This document shows, in pieces, positions 29,240 to 41,120 of a DNA stretch of 64,000 bases. The position numbers and the translations under genes are program-made. Each line of letters begins with the position of its first letter. The stretch's first letter is position 1. The stretch lies in contig JBFWJC010000001.1 in the NCBI GenBank assembly GCA_050253415.1, forward strand, positions 1,544,679 through 1,608,678, given 5' to 3'. Source of the stretch: Pedobacter sp. (lineage in GTDB: Bacteria; Desulfobacterota; Desulfuromonadia; Desulfuromonadales; Syntrophotaleaceae). The notes beneath the pieces are model-generated. The model was given only the letters and a program-made list of their open reading frames with translations. It was not told where the DNA came from and did no database searches.

Positions 29240-30208
29240 ATGATATCTCCTGCCACCGGTGAAAATGAAGCTGGCAGCGGGTTCAGCGTCATCGGGCTTG
29301 GGCAGTGTTCCCTCGATATACTGGGTTGCGTACCTTGCTATCCAGCCGTGGATAGCAAGGTCGATCTGACTGATACCCTTATCCAGGGTGGCGGCCCTGT
29401 GGCCACCGCCCTGGTCGTTTTGGCACGCCTGGGTGAAAACACAGCTTTTGTCGGAAAGATCGGAGATGACGATTTTGGTCTGCGTATTCGACAGGGGCTC
29501 CAGGACGAAGGCGTTGACTGTCGCTATTTGCTGACCGATACCGGCGCTACCAGCCAGTTTTCGTTTGTTGCAGTCGACCAACACCACGGTTCGCGTAATA
29601 TCTTCTGCCATCGCGGCAGTGCCGTGCCTCTTGGTGAAGACGCGTTTCCTGCAGGCTCTTTGCGCGATAGCCGCATATTGCACCTGGATGGATCTCATCC
29701 GGATGCCGCGGTTGCCGCCGCCCGCCTGGCCCGCCAGTCAGGCATGGTCATCGTGCTCGATGGTGGAAGCTGGCGCCCCGGATTGGAACCTTTGTTGCCT
29801 TATGTTGATCACCTTGTGGTCAGTGAGACATTCGCCAAAGCCTTGTGTCCGGGAAGTTCATCGCGGCAGACTTTAGAACTTTTGATGGCTTACGGGGCAC
29901 AGGCCGTCACCGTTACGCTCGGGTCGAAGGGCAGTTGGACTTTGTCACGAACCGGGAATATGTTTCACCAGCCAGCTTTCGATGTGGCGGTGGTTGACAC
30001 GACCGGTTGCGGTGATGTGTTTCATGGTGGGTATATCTATGGTTTGCTGCAGTGTTGGCCATTGGATTACACTGTCCGCTTTGCAGCGGCCTGTGCGGCC
30101 ATCAAGGCTACGGCTCTCGGCGGGCGCAGTGCCATTCCCGAGCTTGCCATGGTTAAAAGGTTTTTGGCCGACGCTTCGGGCAGTCATGAGTTGCAAGGCC
30201 CTGCCTGA
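29240..30208 (+). CDS. PfkB family carbohydrate kinase
   Basis: GGGPVATA..ARLG, GDDDFG, VTLGSKG, VDTTGCGDVFHGG. Confidence 0.93.
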   Translation: MISPATGENEAGSGFSVIGLGQCSLDILGCVPCYPAVDSKVDLTDTLIQGGGPVATALVVLARLGENTAFVGKIGDDDFGLRIRQGLQDEGVDCRYLLTDTGATSQFSFVAVDQHHGSRNIFCHRGSAVPLGEDAFPAGSLRDSRILHLDGSHPDAAVAAARLARQSGMVIVLDGGSWRPGLEPLLPYVDHLVVSETFAKALCPGSSSRQTLELLMAYGAQAVTVTLGSKGSWTLSRTGNMFHQPAFDVAVVDTTGCGDVFHGGYIYGLLQCWPLDYTVRFAAACAAIKATALGGRSAIPELAMVKRFLADASGSHELQGPA

Positions 30209-30248
30209 GGAATATTGAAAATTTCGCTAGATGAGCGCCAGGGTTGTT

Positions 30249-31013
30249 ATGTTCTCTCAAATTATTCGATGGATAGGGGTTGTTGCACTGCTGGCGGGTC
30301 TGCTGAGCGGTTGTGGCGGCGGCTATAACACCCGGGTTGTTGATTCACCTTCTACTGCAGGGCTGAAGGGGCACCAGAAACCCTATACCGTGAACGGGCA
30401 GATGTATCATCCCATGGCCTCCTGTGAGGGTTTTGTACAGGACGGATTGGCCAGCTGGTATGGTCCTGACTTCCATGGAAAAAAGACCAGCAACGGCGAA
30501 ATCTACAATATGCACGCCATGACAGCGGCTCACAAAACCCTGCCTTTGGGGACCAGTGTCCGGGTTAGCAACCAGAATAACGGTCGCCAGGAAATTGTGC
30601 GTATCAATGACCGGGGACCGTTTGTAGGTACTCGCATCATCGACCTGTCATACGAGGCTGCCAAACGTTTGGGCGTAGTTGGTCCAGGGACAGCTCCGGT
30701 CCGCATCGAAGCTCTTGGCATTGCGCAAACCGATGCGCAGGGAAATCAAACGTATATACCCTCAGGGAACTACGAATCGGGTAACTACGCGGTTCAGATC
30801 GGCGCGTTCAGCCTGCGTGACAATGCGCAACGGCTTGCCAGCAGATATCAGCAGAAGTTAGGCAATGCCTTGATCAAGCAGGGATGGGTTGCTGGTAAGC
30901 TTTTTTATAGAGTATGGGTCGGACGTTACGATTCCCTGACAGCCGCTTATGCAGCCAGTGATGAATTCGGACGCGCAGGATATGGGAACAGCTTTGTCGT
31001 TGCACTTGATTGA
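30249..31013 (+). CDS. rlpA: Septal lytic transglycosylase lipoprotein RlpA (DPBB + SPOR)
   Basis: Lipobox LSGC; GLASWYG, TAAHKTLP, RINDRGP, IIDLS; SPOR VQIGAF. Confidence 0.95.
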   Translation: MFSQIIRWIGVVALLAGLLSGCGGGYNTRVVDSPSTAGLKGHQKPYTVNGQMYHPMASCEGFVQDGLASWYGPDFHGKKTSNGEIYNMHAMTAAHKTLPLGTSVRVSNQNNGRQEIVRINDRGPFVGTRIIDLSYEAAKRLGVVGPGTAPVRIEALGIAQTDAQGNQTYIPSGNYESGNYAVQIGAFSLRDNAQRLASRYQQKLGNALIKQGWVAGKLFYRVWVGRYDSLTAAYAASDEFGRAGYGNSFVVALD

Positions 31014-31107
31014 TTAGCGATATTTGCTTATCGGCACCGAGCTTGTTCCGGATTAACGTGCCTGGTTGGTTATTATGGAATACGTAAGTCACGAAGACAG
31101 GTCATAC

Positions 31108-32628
31108 ATGGAAAATATCGCGTCCATTGAAGCGATCATACAGCAGCGCCTCGAATTGCCCACTCCGCCCAATGTCGTTTTTCGGTTGCTTGAAGTTATC
31201 AAGGATGAAGAGCGTTCTTTTAAGGAAATCGGCGACATTATCAGCAAAGATCCCTCTTTGACCGCCAAGATGATGAAAGTGGCGAATTCCTCCATTTTCG
31301 GTTTGTGTGGAAAAATCAGTACTATCGAAAGCGCTCTGGCTGTACTGGGGATCAATGTGATTCGTAATATTGCGCTGTCATTTGTGATTATCGATGGTGT
31401 CAAGGCCCCTTCCTCGAGCGTTTTTGACATTGAGTACTTCTGGAAACGCGCCATTACCGCTGCCGTAGCAGGAGAGATTCTCGCTACCCATATCCATTTC
31501 CATAGTGTTGATACCTTTCTGTGCAGTCTTCTTAAAGATATCGGCGTACTGGTCATGTATAAGCAGTTGGCCGAAGAATACAAGCAGATCCTGTTGCTGA
31601 AAGCCTATGCCGGCAGTCGGAGCTTTCCGGTGGAACGGGAGCTTGTCGGTTTCGATCATGGTCAGTTAGGCGGGCTCATGCTCAAACAGTGGGGGTTGCC
31701 TGAGAGTATCTACCTGCCTATTTTTCATCACCATGATGAGGTACCATCTTCCTCGCCCCATGGCACGTTGATCGGCATCCTTAATGTTGCCGATATGCTC
31801 TCTGCTCTTTATCATGGTGCGGCTGACTGTCGCACCCTTGACGATGCCCATGCGCTTCTTCACAGCCGCTTCGGTATGGATAAAATAGCCGCCAACCAGA
31901 TGATTGACTCCCTGGCGGACAAGACCGTCGAGATCCTGAACTATTTTGATATCGATCCGGGCGAGATGAAACCTCTGTCGCAGCTGTTGCAGGAAGCCAA
32001 TTACGAGCTTGGCACCCAGGCGTTGTCCTATGAGCACCTGGTTTGCGAGCTTAAGCAGTCGCAAGAAGAATCCAGGCAATTCATCAGCAAACTGCTTGAG
32101 GCCAACAAAGCATTGCGTAAGCTGGCTTATCGGGACGAGTTGACAGGGCTTTACAACCATCGGTTCTTTCAGCGCGAAATCGAAAAGGAACTGGAACGTG
32201 CGAAACGGTACGGCCATCCTTTGTGCCTGATCTTTTTTGATATCGATTATTTCAAGGATATCAACGATACGCATGGACATCTGGTCGGGGATGTTGTGCT
32301 TCGCACCGTTTCCCAAAAGCTGTCCTCTTGTATGCGCAGTTGCGATGTTTTCGTTCGCTATGGCGGGGACGAATTCGCCATTATCATGCCCGAAACCGAT
32401 TACCCCGGTTTTGAAGTTCTCGCCGAGCGGTTACGCCATTCCGTTGAAAATTTTCTTATTCCCATTAACGGTAAGACCATCGCGCTGACCATCAGTATCG
32501 GCGGCGCTTTCTTTGATGGTAAAAAAGATACCGTATCGCGATTTTCGATGCTGAGCGTTGCCGATCAGGCCATATATCAGTCCAAAAAATCGGGTCGCAA
32601 TACGGTGACCATTAAATACGTTGACTGA
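31108..32628 (+). CDS. HDOD-GGDEF diguanylate cyclase
   Basis: HDOD (DPSLTAKMMKVANS; HD degenerate as KD); DELTGLYN, DIDYFK.IND..GH..GD, I-site RSCD, RYGGDEF; start uncertain (31075 or 31108). Confidence 0.93.
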   Translation: MENIASIEAIIQQRLELPTPPNVVFRLLEVIKDEERSFKEIGDIISKDPSLTAKMMKVANSSIFGLCGKISTIESALAVLGINVIRNIALSFVIIDGVKAPSSSVFDIEYFWKRAITAAVAGEILATHIHFHSVDTFLCSLLKDIGVLVMYKQLAEEYKQILLLKAYAGSRSFPVERELVGFDHGQLGGLMLKQWGLPESIYLPIFHHHDEVPSSSPHGTLIGILNVADMLSALYHGAADCRTLDDAHALLHSRFGMDKIAANQMIDSLADKTVEILNYFDIDPGEMKPLSQLLQEANYELGTQALSYEHLVCELKQSQEESRQFISKLLEANKALRKLAYRDELTGLYNHRFFQREIEKELERAKRYGHPLCLIFFDIDYFKDINDTHGHLVGDVVLRTVSQKLSSCMRSCDVFVRYGGDEFAIIMPETDYPGFEVLAERLRHSVENFLIPINGKTIALTISIGGAFFDGKKDTVSRFSMLSVADQAIYQSKKSGRNTVTIKYVD

Positions 32629-32679
32629 TCGCATTGATTAGGCAATACGATTCGGCAACCTAACAATTCAGGGATTATT

Positions 32680-32880
32680 ATGGACAAAAAAACAGAGTTC
32701 GTATTGAAAATGGCACCGAATCACAGCCTCACATTGTACCCGGCGTGTGACACTTGCGACGGAAAAAAACCCGGGGTTGGTTATTTATGTGGCAGTGACG
32801 AAGAGGGTAACGGCTTTGTCGTATGGATCACGGATAAAGATGTTTATCAAATTATGGAAAAACTGATCGTCAAAGGATGA
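32680..32880 (+). CDS. Small hypothetical protein with CxxC
   Basis: 66-aa ATG ORF with GGGA RBS; followed by a ggcccc/ggggcc-TTT hairpin. Confidence 0.65.
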   Translation: MDKKTEFVLKMAPNHSLTLYPACDTCDGKKPGVGYLCGSDEEGNGFVVWITDKDVYQIMEKLIVKG

Positions 32881-33071
32881 GAACCCGGTTCGTCAATTGA
32901 ACGATCGCCTTCAGAATAAATCGGCCCCTCGCTTTCCAAATGGGGCCTTTCCTTTACCAGATACGCGTCTCAGCCGTCTTTCTGTTTGACCATTATAGGG
33001 TTTTTGCAGGGCTCCTTTTCCTTTCCATACCAATCTGTTTTATTTCTCCTCTCAGTCAATACGGAGGTGCC

Positions 33072-34199
33072 ATGAATATCCTGGTGGCTTGCGATTCCTT
33101 TAAGGAAAGTCTCTCCGCTTCCCAAGCCTGCAGCGTGGTGGCCTCTGCCGTACGTGCTGCCAAGCCGGACTGGGTGTTGAAAAGCCAGCCGCTGGCAGAC
33201 GGGGGTGAGGGCACGGCTGAGATCCTGGCAGCGACATCAACAGGCTGTTGGGTGGCGCTGCCCGGTATTATGGGTCCATTGCAGGGCATTACAATAAAAG
33301 CTTCTTTCGCCTGGCTTCCCGAAACGGAAACAGCCATCGTGGAGATGGCGCGTACCAGTGGCTTGGCCCTGGTGCCGGATGGCCAGCGCAATCCTTTGCA
33401 GACTACTACCTTCGGCACAGGCCAGGTTCTGGCGTCTGCGTTTGATCGAGGGGCGCGTGAGGTGCTGCTGACGTTGGGTGGCAGCGCCACGGTGGATGGC
33501 GGTACCGGAGCGGCGCGCGCGCTTGGTTGGCGTTTTCTCGACGCAAGGGGAAATGACGTCCCCCTTGGCGGGCGGGGATTGATCGATATCCGTCGAGTCG
33601 TACCACCCTCAAGGCCAATGCCTGCTGTATCGGTGCTTTGCGACGTGACCAATCCCCTGTGTGGCCCCCAAGGTGCCGCCCGGGTGTTTGCTCCGCAAAA
33701 AGGCGCCACGCCGTGGCAGGTTGAAATGCTTGAGGCCGGGTTGGAAAATCTGGCCGGGGTCATCGAAAGTCAACTTGGAATCCAGGTCAAAGACATCCCC
33801 GGGGGAGGTGCGGCAGGTGGTTTCGGTGCCGGGGCTGTGGCTTTTTTGGGTGGATGTTTGCGCTCCGGTGTTGCTGTCGTTATGGAAAAAGTTCATTTTG
33901 AAGATCAGGTGCGATGGGCCGATTGGGTCATTACCGGAGAGGGTTGCCTTGATCGTACTTCCCTTCAAGGGAAGGTGGTCAGCGGCGTATTGGAAATTGC
34001 ACGGCGGTGCCGTGTTCCCGTGGCGATACTGGCCGGACAGGTCCGGTTAGCTCACGATGAATTATCGCGGGCAGGTGTCGATGTCGCCATCGCTGCCATG
34101 CCTGAGGGGATAGCGCTTGCCGACGGCATTGCTCAGGCAGGCGCATTGCTTGGTGCTGCGGCATTACGATTATCAGCACGACTTGATTCAGGTGCCTGA
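33072..34199 (+). CDS. Glycerate kinase (GlxK/GarK family)
   Basis: ACDSFKESL, PLADGGEGT, GGSATVDGGTG, FAPQKGA, ITGEG..D; GGAGG RBS. Confidence 0.95.
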   Translation: MNILVACDSFKESLSASQACSVVASAVRAAKPDWVLKSQPLADGGEGTAEILAATSTGCWVALPGIMGPLQGITIKASFAWLPETETAIVEMARTSGLALVPDGQRNPLQTTTFGTGQVLASAFDRGAREVLLTLGGSATVDGGTGAARALGWRFLDARGNDVPLGGRGLIDIRRVVPPSRPMPAVSVLCDVTNPLCGPQGAARVFAPQKGATPWQVEMLEAGLENLAGVIESQLGIQVKDIPGGGAAGGFGAGAVAFLGGCLRSGVAVVMEKVHFEDQVRWADWVITGEGCLDRTSLQGKVVSGVLEIARRCRVPVAILAGQVRLAHDELSRAGVDVAIAAMPEGIALADGIAQAGALLGAAALRLSARLDSGA

Positions 34200-34297
34200 T
34201 GGGGTTCAAGGTGTAACGCAGTAATTACCTTTTTCTCTGCGGTTCATTGCCTGCCGGTGTGATCGTTTTTTTATCCCTGAAAAAGAGATTCAGTTTG

Positions 34298-35095
34298 TCA
34301 GCCAAGGCCGCGCCGCTGCAGTTCCTCCTTGATAAGCTTTTTTTGCAAAGGATTGAGGCGGCTGGAAGAGGATAATTGTAATACTTCAGGCCCGCGCATA
34401 CCCGGTAGCCAGAGGGTGAACCAGATACCGGGGGTGTGAGGGTTTTTGAGGATGGCGGTACGCAGGGTCTGGCGCGCCTTCCAGCGGGGGTGTCTGGCGA
34501 TGATGGAGATGGTTTCGGCGGAGGCGGTCGACCCCCGTAGAAACTGGGCAAGGGCCATCTCCTGCAGGCGAGGGTTGCCAAGGCAGGGCTCCATCAGCGC
34601 CACATGGCCTTCCTTGAGAATCGCTGCAACGACAGCGGGTGAGGCCCTGCGGGAAAGGGTTATCTTGTTACCCAGGGGGGTGGTCGGCAGGCGCTGAATG
34701 ATAAGGCGTTCGGCGGCCAGCTTTTGATCTGGCGAGACACCGGGTAAAAAACAGATGTCCGCCAGTTCAAACAGGTGCAATAACGGCAGCAGGGTTTGCA
34801 GGATCGGCGCCGGAAGGTGCGGGTTTTTGATCAGGGCCAGGCGTATCTTATGGCTGCCTTGAGCCTGCTCCATCCGGTACACGGCCTGCAGCAGATCCTC
34901 GCTGAGATCGCGGCGTTTAAGCAGGGCCAGCAGGTGCGGTTCTTCCAGGACTCGGTTTTTCAGTGCCGCACGCACCACCTCCAACGCCGGGTCCTGCATG
35001 ATACCGAACAGTTCCTCCGAACCGCAGGTCAGGGAACGCTGCAGGCGCCGTGCAAGATCGCTGCTGATATGGCCACTTTTAGATCGACTGTCCAA
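34298..35095 (-). CDS. Conserved hypothetical helical-repeat (LRV-like) protein
   Basis: Leu-rich with recurring ALxKNP/NP motifs; follows tgt on the same strand. Confidence 0.75.
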   Translation of the reverse strand: MDSRSKSGHISSDLARRLQRSLTCGSEELFGIMQDPALEVVRAALKNRVLEEPHLLALLKRRDLSEDLLQAVYRMEQAQGSHKIRLALIKNPHLPAPILQTLLPLLHLFELADICFLPGVSPDQKLAAERLIIQRLPTTPLGNKITLSRRASPAVVAAILKEGHVALMEPCLGNPRLQEMALAQFLRGSTASAETISIIARHPRWKARQTLRTAILKNPHTPGIWFTLWLPGMRGPEVLQLSSSSRLNPLQKKLIKEELQRRGLG

Positions 35096-35166
35096 AATGA
35101 GTGCCCTGTTATGTTGATCCCGTCTACTCGGTTGTTAAGGCGCTAACAACTTTATCTTCCCAATGA

Positions 35167-36276
35167 TTAATTGTCCGCCCCGTATTCTTCCAGGAAGTTC
35201 TTCTTGAACGCGGCAAAGTCGCCCGCCTCGATGGCTTGCCGTACATCAGCCATCATGTTCAGGTAAAAATGCACGTTATGAATGGCGGACAGGGTCGCCG
35301 ACAAAATTTCATTGGATTTGAACAGGTGATGCAGGTAAGCGCGGCTGAAATTGCGGCAGCAATAGCAGTCGCAGGAAGCATCCACAGGGAAAAAGTCCCG
35401 GCGGTAACGCCTGTGGGTCAGGCGAATCTTTCCGCGACGGGTGAATAGCGTGGCACTGCGTGCATAGCGCGTGGGAATGACGCAATCGAACATATCCATG
35501 CCACGCTCTACGCTTTCCAGAATATCTTCAGGCAGACCTACTCCCATCAGGTAACGCGGCTTGTTCTCGGGCAGCATGGGTGCCGTGTAATCGACCACCT
35601 TTTTCAACAGTTCCAGTCCCTCGCCGACGCTGACCCCGCCAATGGCATAACCGGGAAAATTCATGGTCGTCATCTGCCGCGCGCATTCCTGTCGCAGATC
35701 TTCGTAGATGCCGCCCTGCACGATACCGAACAGGGCCTGATCGGCGCGGCCATGACTCTTCAGACAGGCTTCCGCCCAGCGCAGGGTTTTACGAATCGAT
35801 TTCGCGGCATAATCATGGGTTGCCGGATAGGGGATACATTCGTCAAAGGCCATGATGATGTCGGCACCCAGAGAGTTCTGAATGGACATGGCCTCGGCCG
35901 GGCCGAGAAAAATTTCCTCTCCGGTCACTTCATGATGAAAAAATACACCGGTTTCGGTGATGCGTTTTTTCGGCAGGGAAAAGACCTGGAATCCACCGCT
36001 GTCGGTGAGAATCGGATGGGGCCAGTTCATGAAACGGTGCAGCCCGCCTGCCTTTTCGATCAGTCCCTCTCCAGGTGCAAGATGCAGATGGTACGTGTTG
36101 GAAAGAATGATCTGAGCGCCGGTTTCTTCAACCTGTGCCGGTGTCATGGCTTTGAGGGCGCCATGGGTGCCGACGGGCATGAAGATAGGGGTTTCGATGG
36201 TGCCGTGAGGGGTCGTTAACCGGCCACGGCGTGCAGCCGTTTGCGAATCGGTGGCGAGCAGTGAAAATTCGAACAT
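35167..36276 (-). CDS. tgt: tRNA-guanine transglycosylase
   Basis: TPIFMPVGT, NTYHL, TDSGGFQ, PRYLMGVG, DMFDCV.PTR, Zn site CDCYCC..H. Confidence 0.96.
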   Translation of the reverse strand: MFEFSLLATDSQTAARRGRLTTPHGTIETPIFMPVGTHGALKAMTPAQVEETGAQIILSNTYHLHLAPGEGLIEKAGGLHRFMNWPHPILTDSGGFQVFSLPKKRITETGVFFHHEVTGEEIFLGPAEAMSIQNSLGADIIMAFDECIPYPATHDYAAKSIRKTLRWAEACLKSHGRADQALFGIVQGGIYEDLRQECARQMTTMNFPGYAIGGVSVGEGLELLKKVVDYTAPMLPENKPRYLMGVGLPEDILESVERGMDMFDCVIPTRYARSATLFTRRGKIRLTHRRYRRDFFPVDASCDCYCCRNFSRAYLHHLFKSNEILSATLSAIHNVHFYLNMMADVRQAIEAGDFAAFKKNFLEEYGADN

Positions 36277-36495
36277 GGTCTATGCCATCCCTGCGATTTT
36301 GAAGGTAGAATGAAAAAAAGGTTCAAGCTGTTCTTGAACCCTGCCCGGACTTTATCAGAAGCTTTCCTTGAAAGCAACTGTTGGGGGGCTTTGATCTTCT
36401 TTCCGGGGGCTGGTTGTCGCTGGCTGGAGGCCTGTTACTATTTCAAATGAAACGTTTGTCTGTCTCAGGAAAAATCATACGAAAGGAATCGATGG

Positions 36496-38436
36496 ATGAC
36501 GCGAAGTTTTTTCTGGCAGATGCTGATTGTCTTGGCGACAGTGCTGTTTTTTAATTATGTATTAACTAATTTTTCACCGCAAACTCCAGAGCCGGTGGTC
36601 GAGGTCAGTTACAGCCGATTTAAAACCGAACTGGCTGCAGATAACGTTTCTTCCGTGACGTTTGATGGGAACAACCTGGTTGGCGACCTGAGAGAACGTG
36701 CGGCCGTTGATAATGTCCCTGGGAACGTGGTTGAAAAGTCCTTCTTGCGTTTTCGCACAACCATGCCACCCGTGCCGGATACACGATTACTTGACGATTT
36801 GCAGCAGCGTAAGGTGGATGTACGTGTCCATCCGGAGAAAAAACCTTCAGCATGGGCCACGGCACTGATTTATATGCTGCCATGGATATTGATCGTGGCG
36901 GTGTGGTGGTTTGTGATCAAGGGGATGCGTACACGGCAGGGCCCGGGCGGCGGCGTGATGGGTGGTTTTGCCAAGTCGGGCGCCAAAATGTATACCAAGG
37001 AACGTTCCCGGGTCACTTTTGCGGATGTGGCCGGGTTGGAAGAAGCCAAGCAGGAGCTTATGGAGATTGTGGAATTTCTGCAAAATCCCAAACGTTTCAT
37101 GCGCCTGGGCGCCAAGGCTCCGCGTGGTGTGCTGTTGGTCGGACCGCCCGGAACCGGGAAAACCCTTATGGCGCGTGCCGTGGCAGGGGAGGCGGGGGTG
37201 CCATTTTTCACCATTTCAGCCTCTCAGTTTATCGAAATGTTTGTCGGTGTCGGCGCCAGTCGTGTGCGTGATCTGTTCGGTAACGCCAAGAAAAACGCTC
37301 CAAGTATCATTTTTATCGACGAACTCGATGCGGTTGGTCGTGCCCGGGGAACCGGCCTTGGTGGCGGCAACGACGAACGGGAACAAACTCTGAACCAGCT
37401 ATTGTCGGAGATGGACGGTTTCGAGGCCCATGATGAGGTCATCGTCATGTCGGCAACCAACCGTCCGGATGTTCTCGATCCGGCTCTGTTGCGGCCCGGA
37501 CGCTTCGATCGGCAAGTGGTGGTGGAGCGGCCCGACTGGCGTGCCCGGGAAGAAATCCTCAAGGTGCATACACGCACCGTGCCCCTTGCGGACGATGTGG
37601 ACCTGCGGGTCATGGCCCGCAGCACGCCCGGCATGTGCGGTGCGGATCTGGAAAACCTTGTGAACGAGGCGGCTTTGATCGCGGCCCGTGAAGATGCCCA
37701 GTCGGTGACCATGGACCATTTCGAACGGGCCAAGGACCGTGTACTTATGGGTACCGAGCGCAAGTTGGTCATGTCGCAGCAGGAAAAACGTATTACCGCC
37801 TATCACGAAGCCGGGCATACCCTGCTGGCACGTCTGTGCCCCGGGGCCGATCCGATTCACAAGGTTTCCATCATTCCGCGGGGACAGGCGCTGGGGGTCA
37901 CCCAACAGCTACCGGTGGATGATCGCTATCACTACTCACGTTCCTACCTGATGACCCGCATCGCTGTCAGCCTGGGAGGGCGTGCGGCTGAAAAGATGAT
38001 ATTTGATGAATTTTCCACCGGCGCTCAAAACGACTTGAAGCAGGCGACAGAACTGGCGGAAAAGATGGTCTGCCAATGGGGGATGAGCGAGCGCATCGGT
38101 CCCTTGAGTTTCAGTCGTGGCGAGGAACACCCCTTTTTAGGGCGTAAACTGGCCAGTGACAACTCATTCAGCGAGCACATGGCCTGGATCATCGATCAGG
38201 AGATCGAAAAGATCATCAAGGCCGGTGACCAGCAAGCCAATGATATTATTGCCAATCATTTATCGGCGTTGCGCAAGCTCGCCGAGGCGCTGCTCGAGGA
38301 AGAAGTACTTGATCATAAGCGCGTGGACGAGGTCCTTAGAGACGCAGGTGTCGAGGTCAAAGATGAACCTGTGGAAAAATCTGATGGGGCTACCCTGCTG
38401 GAAGGTGAGTTGGCGGCCGGAGCGGTAGAGAATTAG
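36496..38436 (+). CDS. ftsH: ATP-dependent zinc metalloprotease FtsH
   Basis: Two TM segments, [32 protein letters not shown]. Confidence 0.96.
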   Translation: MTRSFFWQMLIVLATVLFFNYVLTNFSPQTPEPVVEVSYSRFKTELAADNVSSVTFDGNNLVGDLRERAAVDNVPGNVVEKSFLRFRTTMPPVPDTRLLDDLQQRKVDVRVHPEKKPSAWATALIYMLPWILIVAVWWFVIKGMRTRQGPGGGVMGGFAKSGAKMYTKERSRVTFADVAGLEEAKQELMEIVEFLQNPKRFMRLGAKAPRGVLLVGPPGTGKTLMARAVAGEAGVPFFTISASQFIEMFVGVGASRVRDLFGNAKKNAPSIIFIDELDAVGRARGTGLGGGNDEREQTLNQLLSEMDGFEAHDEVIVMSATNRPDVLDPALLRPGRFDRQVVVERPDWRAREEILKVHTRTVPLADDVDLRVMARSTPGMCGADLENLVNEAALIAAREDAQSVTMDHFERAKDRVLMGTERKLVMSQQEKRITAYHEAGHTLLARLCPGADPIHKVSIIPRGQALGVTQQLPVDDRYHYSRSYLMTRIAVSLGGRAAEKMIFDEFSTGAQNDLKQATELAEKMVCQWGMSERIGPLSFSRGEEHPFLGRKLASDNSFSEHMAWIIDQEIEKIIKAGDQQANDIIANHLSALRKLAEALLEEEVLDHKRVDEVLRDAGVEVKDEPVEKSDGATLLEGELAAGAVEN

Positions 38437-38563
38437 TCATCCCGTTTGGCGCGATCTTTTTCTGATGGCTTTTTATCTTAGGGAGGTGTAACCCAGGCAT
38501 ATACGTTCATTACGTTTTTATGGTGGTTTTCCGATAGGAACGCGTAACTTCAAAGGACAGATT

Positions 38564-39192
38564 ATGCCAAAAAAAAAGGCAGCAGAAAACGCATATATTT
38601 TCCGGCCTCCTGGGGATAATCATTGGATGGATATTGCAGCCTTGATTGCATCCTCTATCCCGAATGCTCTCGTTTCCAGATTGGGCAAACACTTTGGTGC
38701 GCTTTATTATAAAAATATTGCAAGATGCGAATATTCCTACTGTCTTGCCGCGTTTGATAACACCGGACGGCTTGCCGGAGTCATTCTTGGCACTCTAGAT
38801 CATGATGCAGCTAAATCGCTGGATTTTGCTCTGAAAATAAGGTTACTGCTGGCCGCGAACATAAGACTTTTTCCCCGGCAGTATTCCGCTGGTTTTTATG
38901 CGGGTTGCGCACCCGGAATGCAACAAAATATCAGACAAAAAATTTTCCGAAGGCCGAACTTATCGTTGTTGTAGTTCATGACGATTTTAAAGGTAACCGC
39001 ATTGGCAAGACATTGATCAATGAACTGGAATCCTTTTTCAGAAAAAACAATCTCGACAAGCCTTACCTGATACTGACCGAGAAATCGAACCGGGTCGCAA
39101 ATAACTTATATGAAAAATTAGGCGCCCAATTCATAAAAACATACCCCTATCACGACAAGCTTATGAACGAATGGCACAAGCCGATATTTTAG
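38564..39192 (+). pseudogene. GNAT acetyltransferase split by a frameshift in a T5 run (38868-38872)
   Basis: N-half 38564-~38872; C-half in another frame (AELIVVVV..FKGNRIGKTL..NRVANNLYEKLG); one extra T joins them into a 209-aa ORF. Confidence 0.75.
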
Positions 39193-39394
39193 GCGGATTT
39201 ATTTCCACCAGACGCCTGGGGCAATGCATTGCAAGGCCTACAGCCGTATACTGGTTCTTATCCTGTTCTTTGTGGTACCTATGCTGGATCGAACGTGGGG
39301 GGGATTGTGGATTATGCGGTAAGCCATCTATCCATGGCAGGCGTTCGCGGTCGGGTAAAGGGTTCTGGGAGGAGCTTCAGGCAATCTTCTGCCG

Positions 39395-39428
39395 AAAAAA
39401 AAGCCTGCGGTTTGCCGCAGGCCCTTTT
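39395..39428 (-). terminator. Intrinsic terminator of eno
   Basis: A8-GCCTGCGG-TTTG-CCGCAGGC. Confidence 0.8.
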
Positions 39429-39454
39429 CGTTAGACGTAAAAATCGCAATCAGA

Positions 39455-40768
<1,314 letters not shown>

Positions 40769-41120
40769 TTAGGTACGGTTCATACCAGTCGTAAGACCGC
40801 CCCTTTTATAGCACATTGGCTTTGAATTGGAACCTCTTTTTTGGAATTTTCACCTGGCCGGAATATCCGAAAAGGATTGATTTTGGCGGACGATCAGTGG
40901 TAAATGAAGAAGATTACGTAACTAATCTGGATCATACCTGAAGAGTTTTAATGCAACCTCCGGTTGCGGGCCATTTTGAGTTTATGCGTTTTGTGTGCGT
41001 TGGCTGTATCGCAGAGCCGCTGCAGAAAACTTTATTCTAGCCGGCTTCAGTCGTTTGCAGTTAGCGACTTCGCCATGTTGTCTCAGGGCTCCTCCGGGTT
41101 AAGGAAATAAAGGATATTTT

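Noticed and set aside
39224..39322. 32-codon hydrophobic mini-ORF (MHCKAYSRILVLILFFVVPML...)
   Set aside because: No convincing RBS or other support; could be chance or a remnant.
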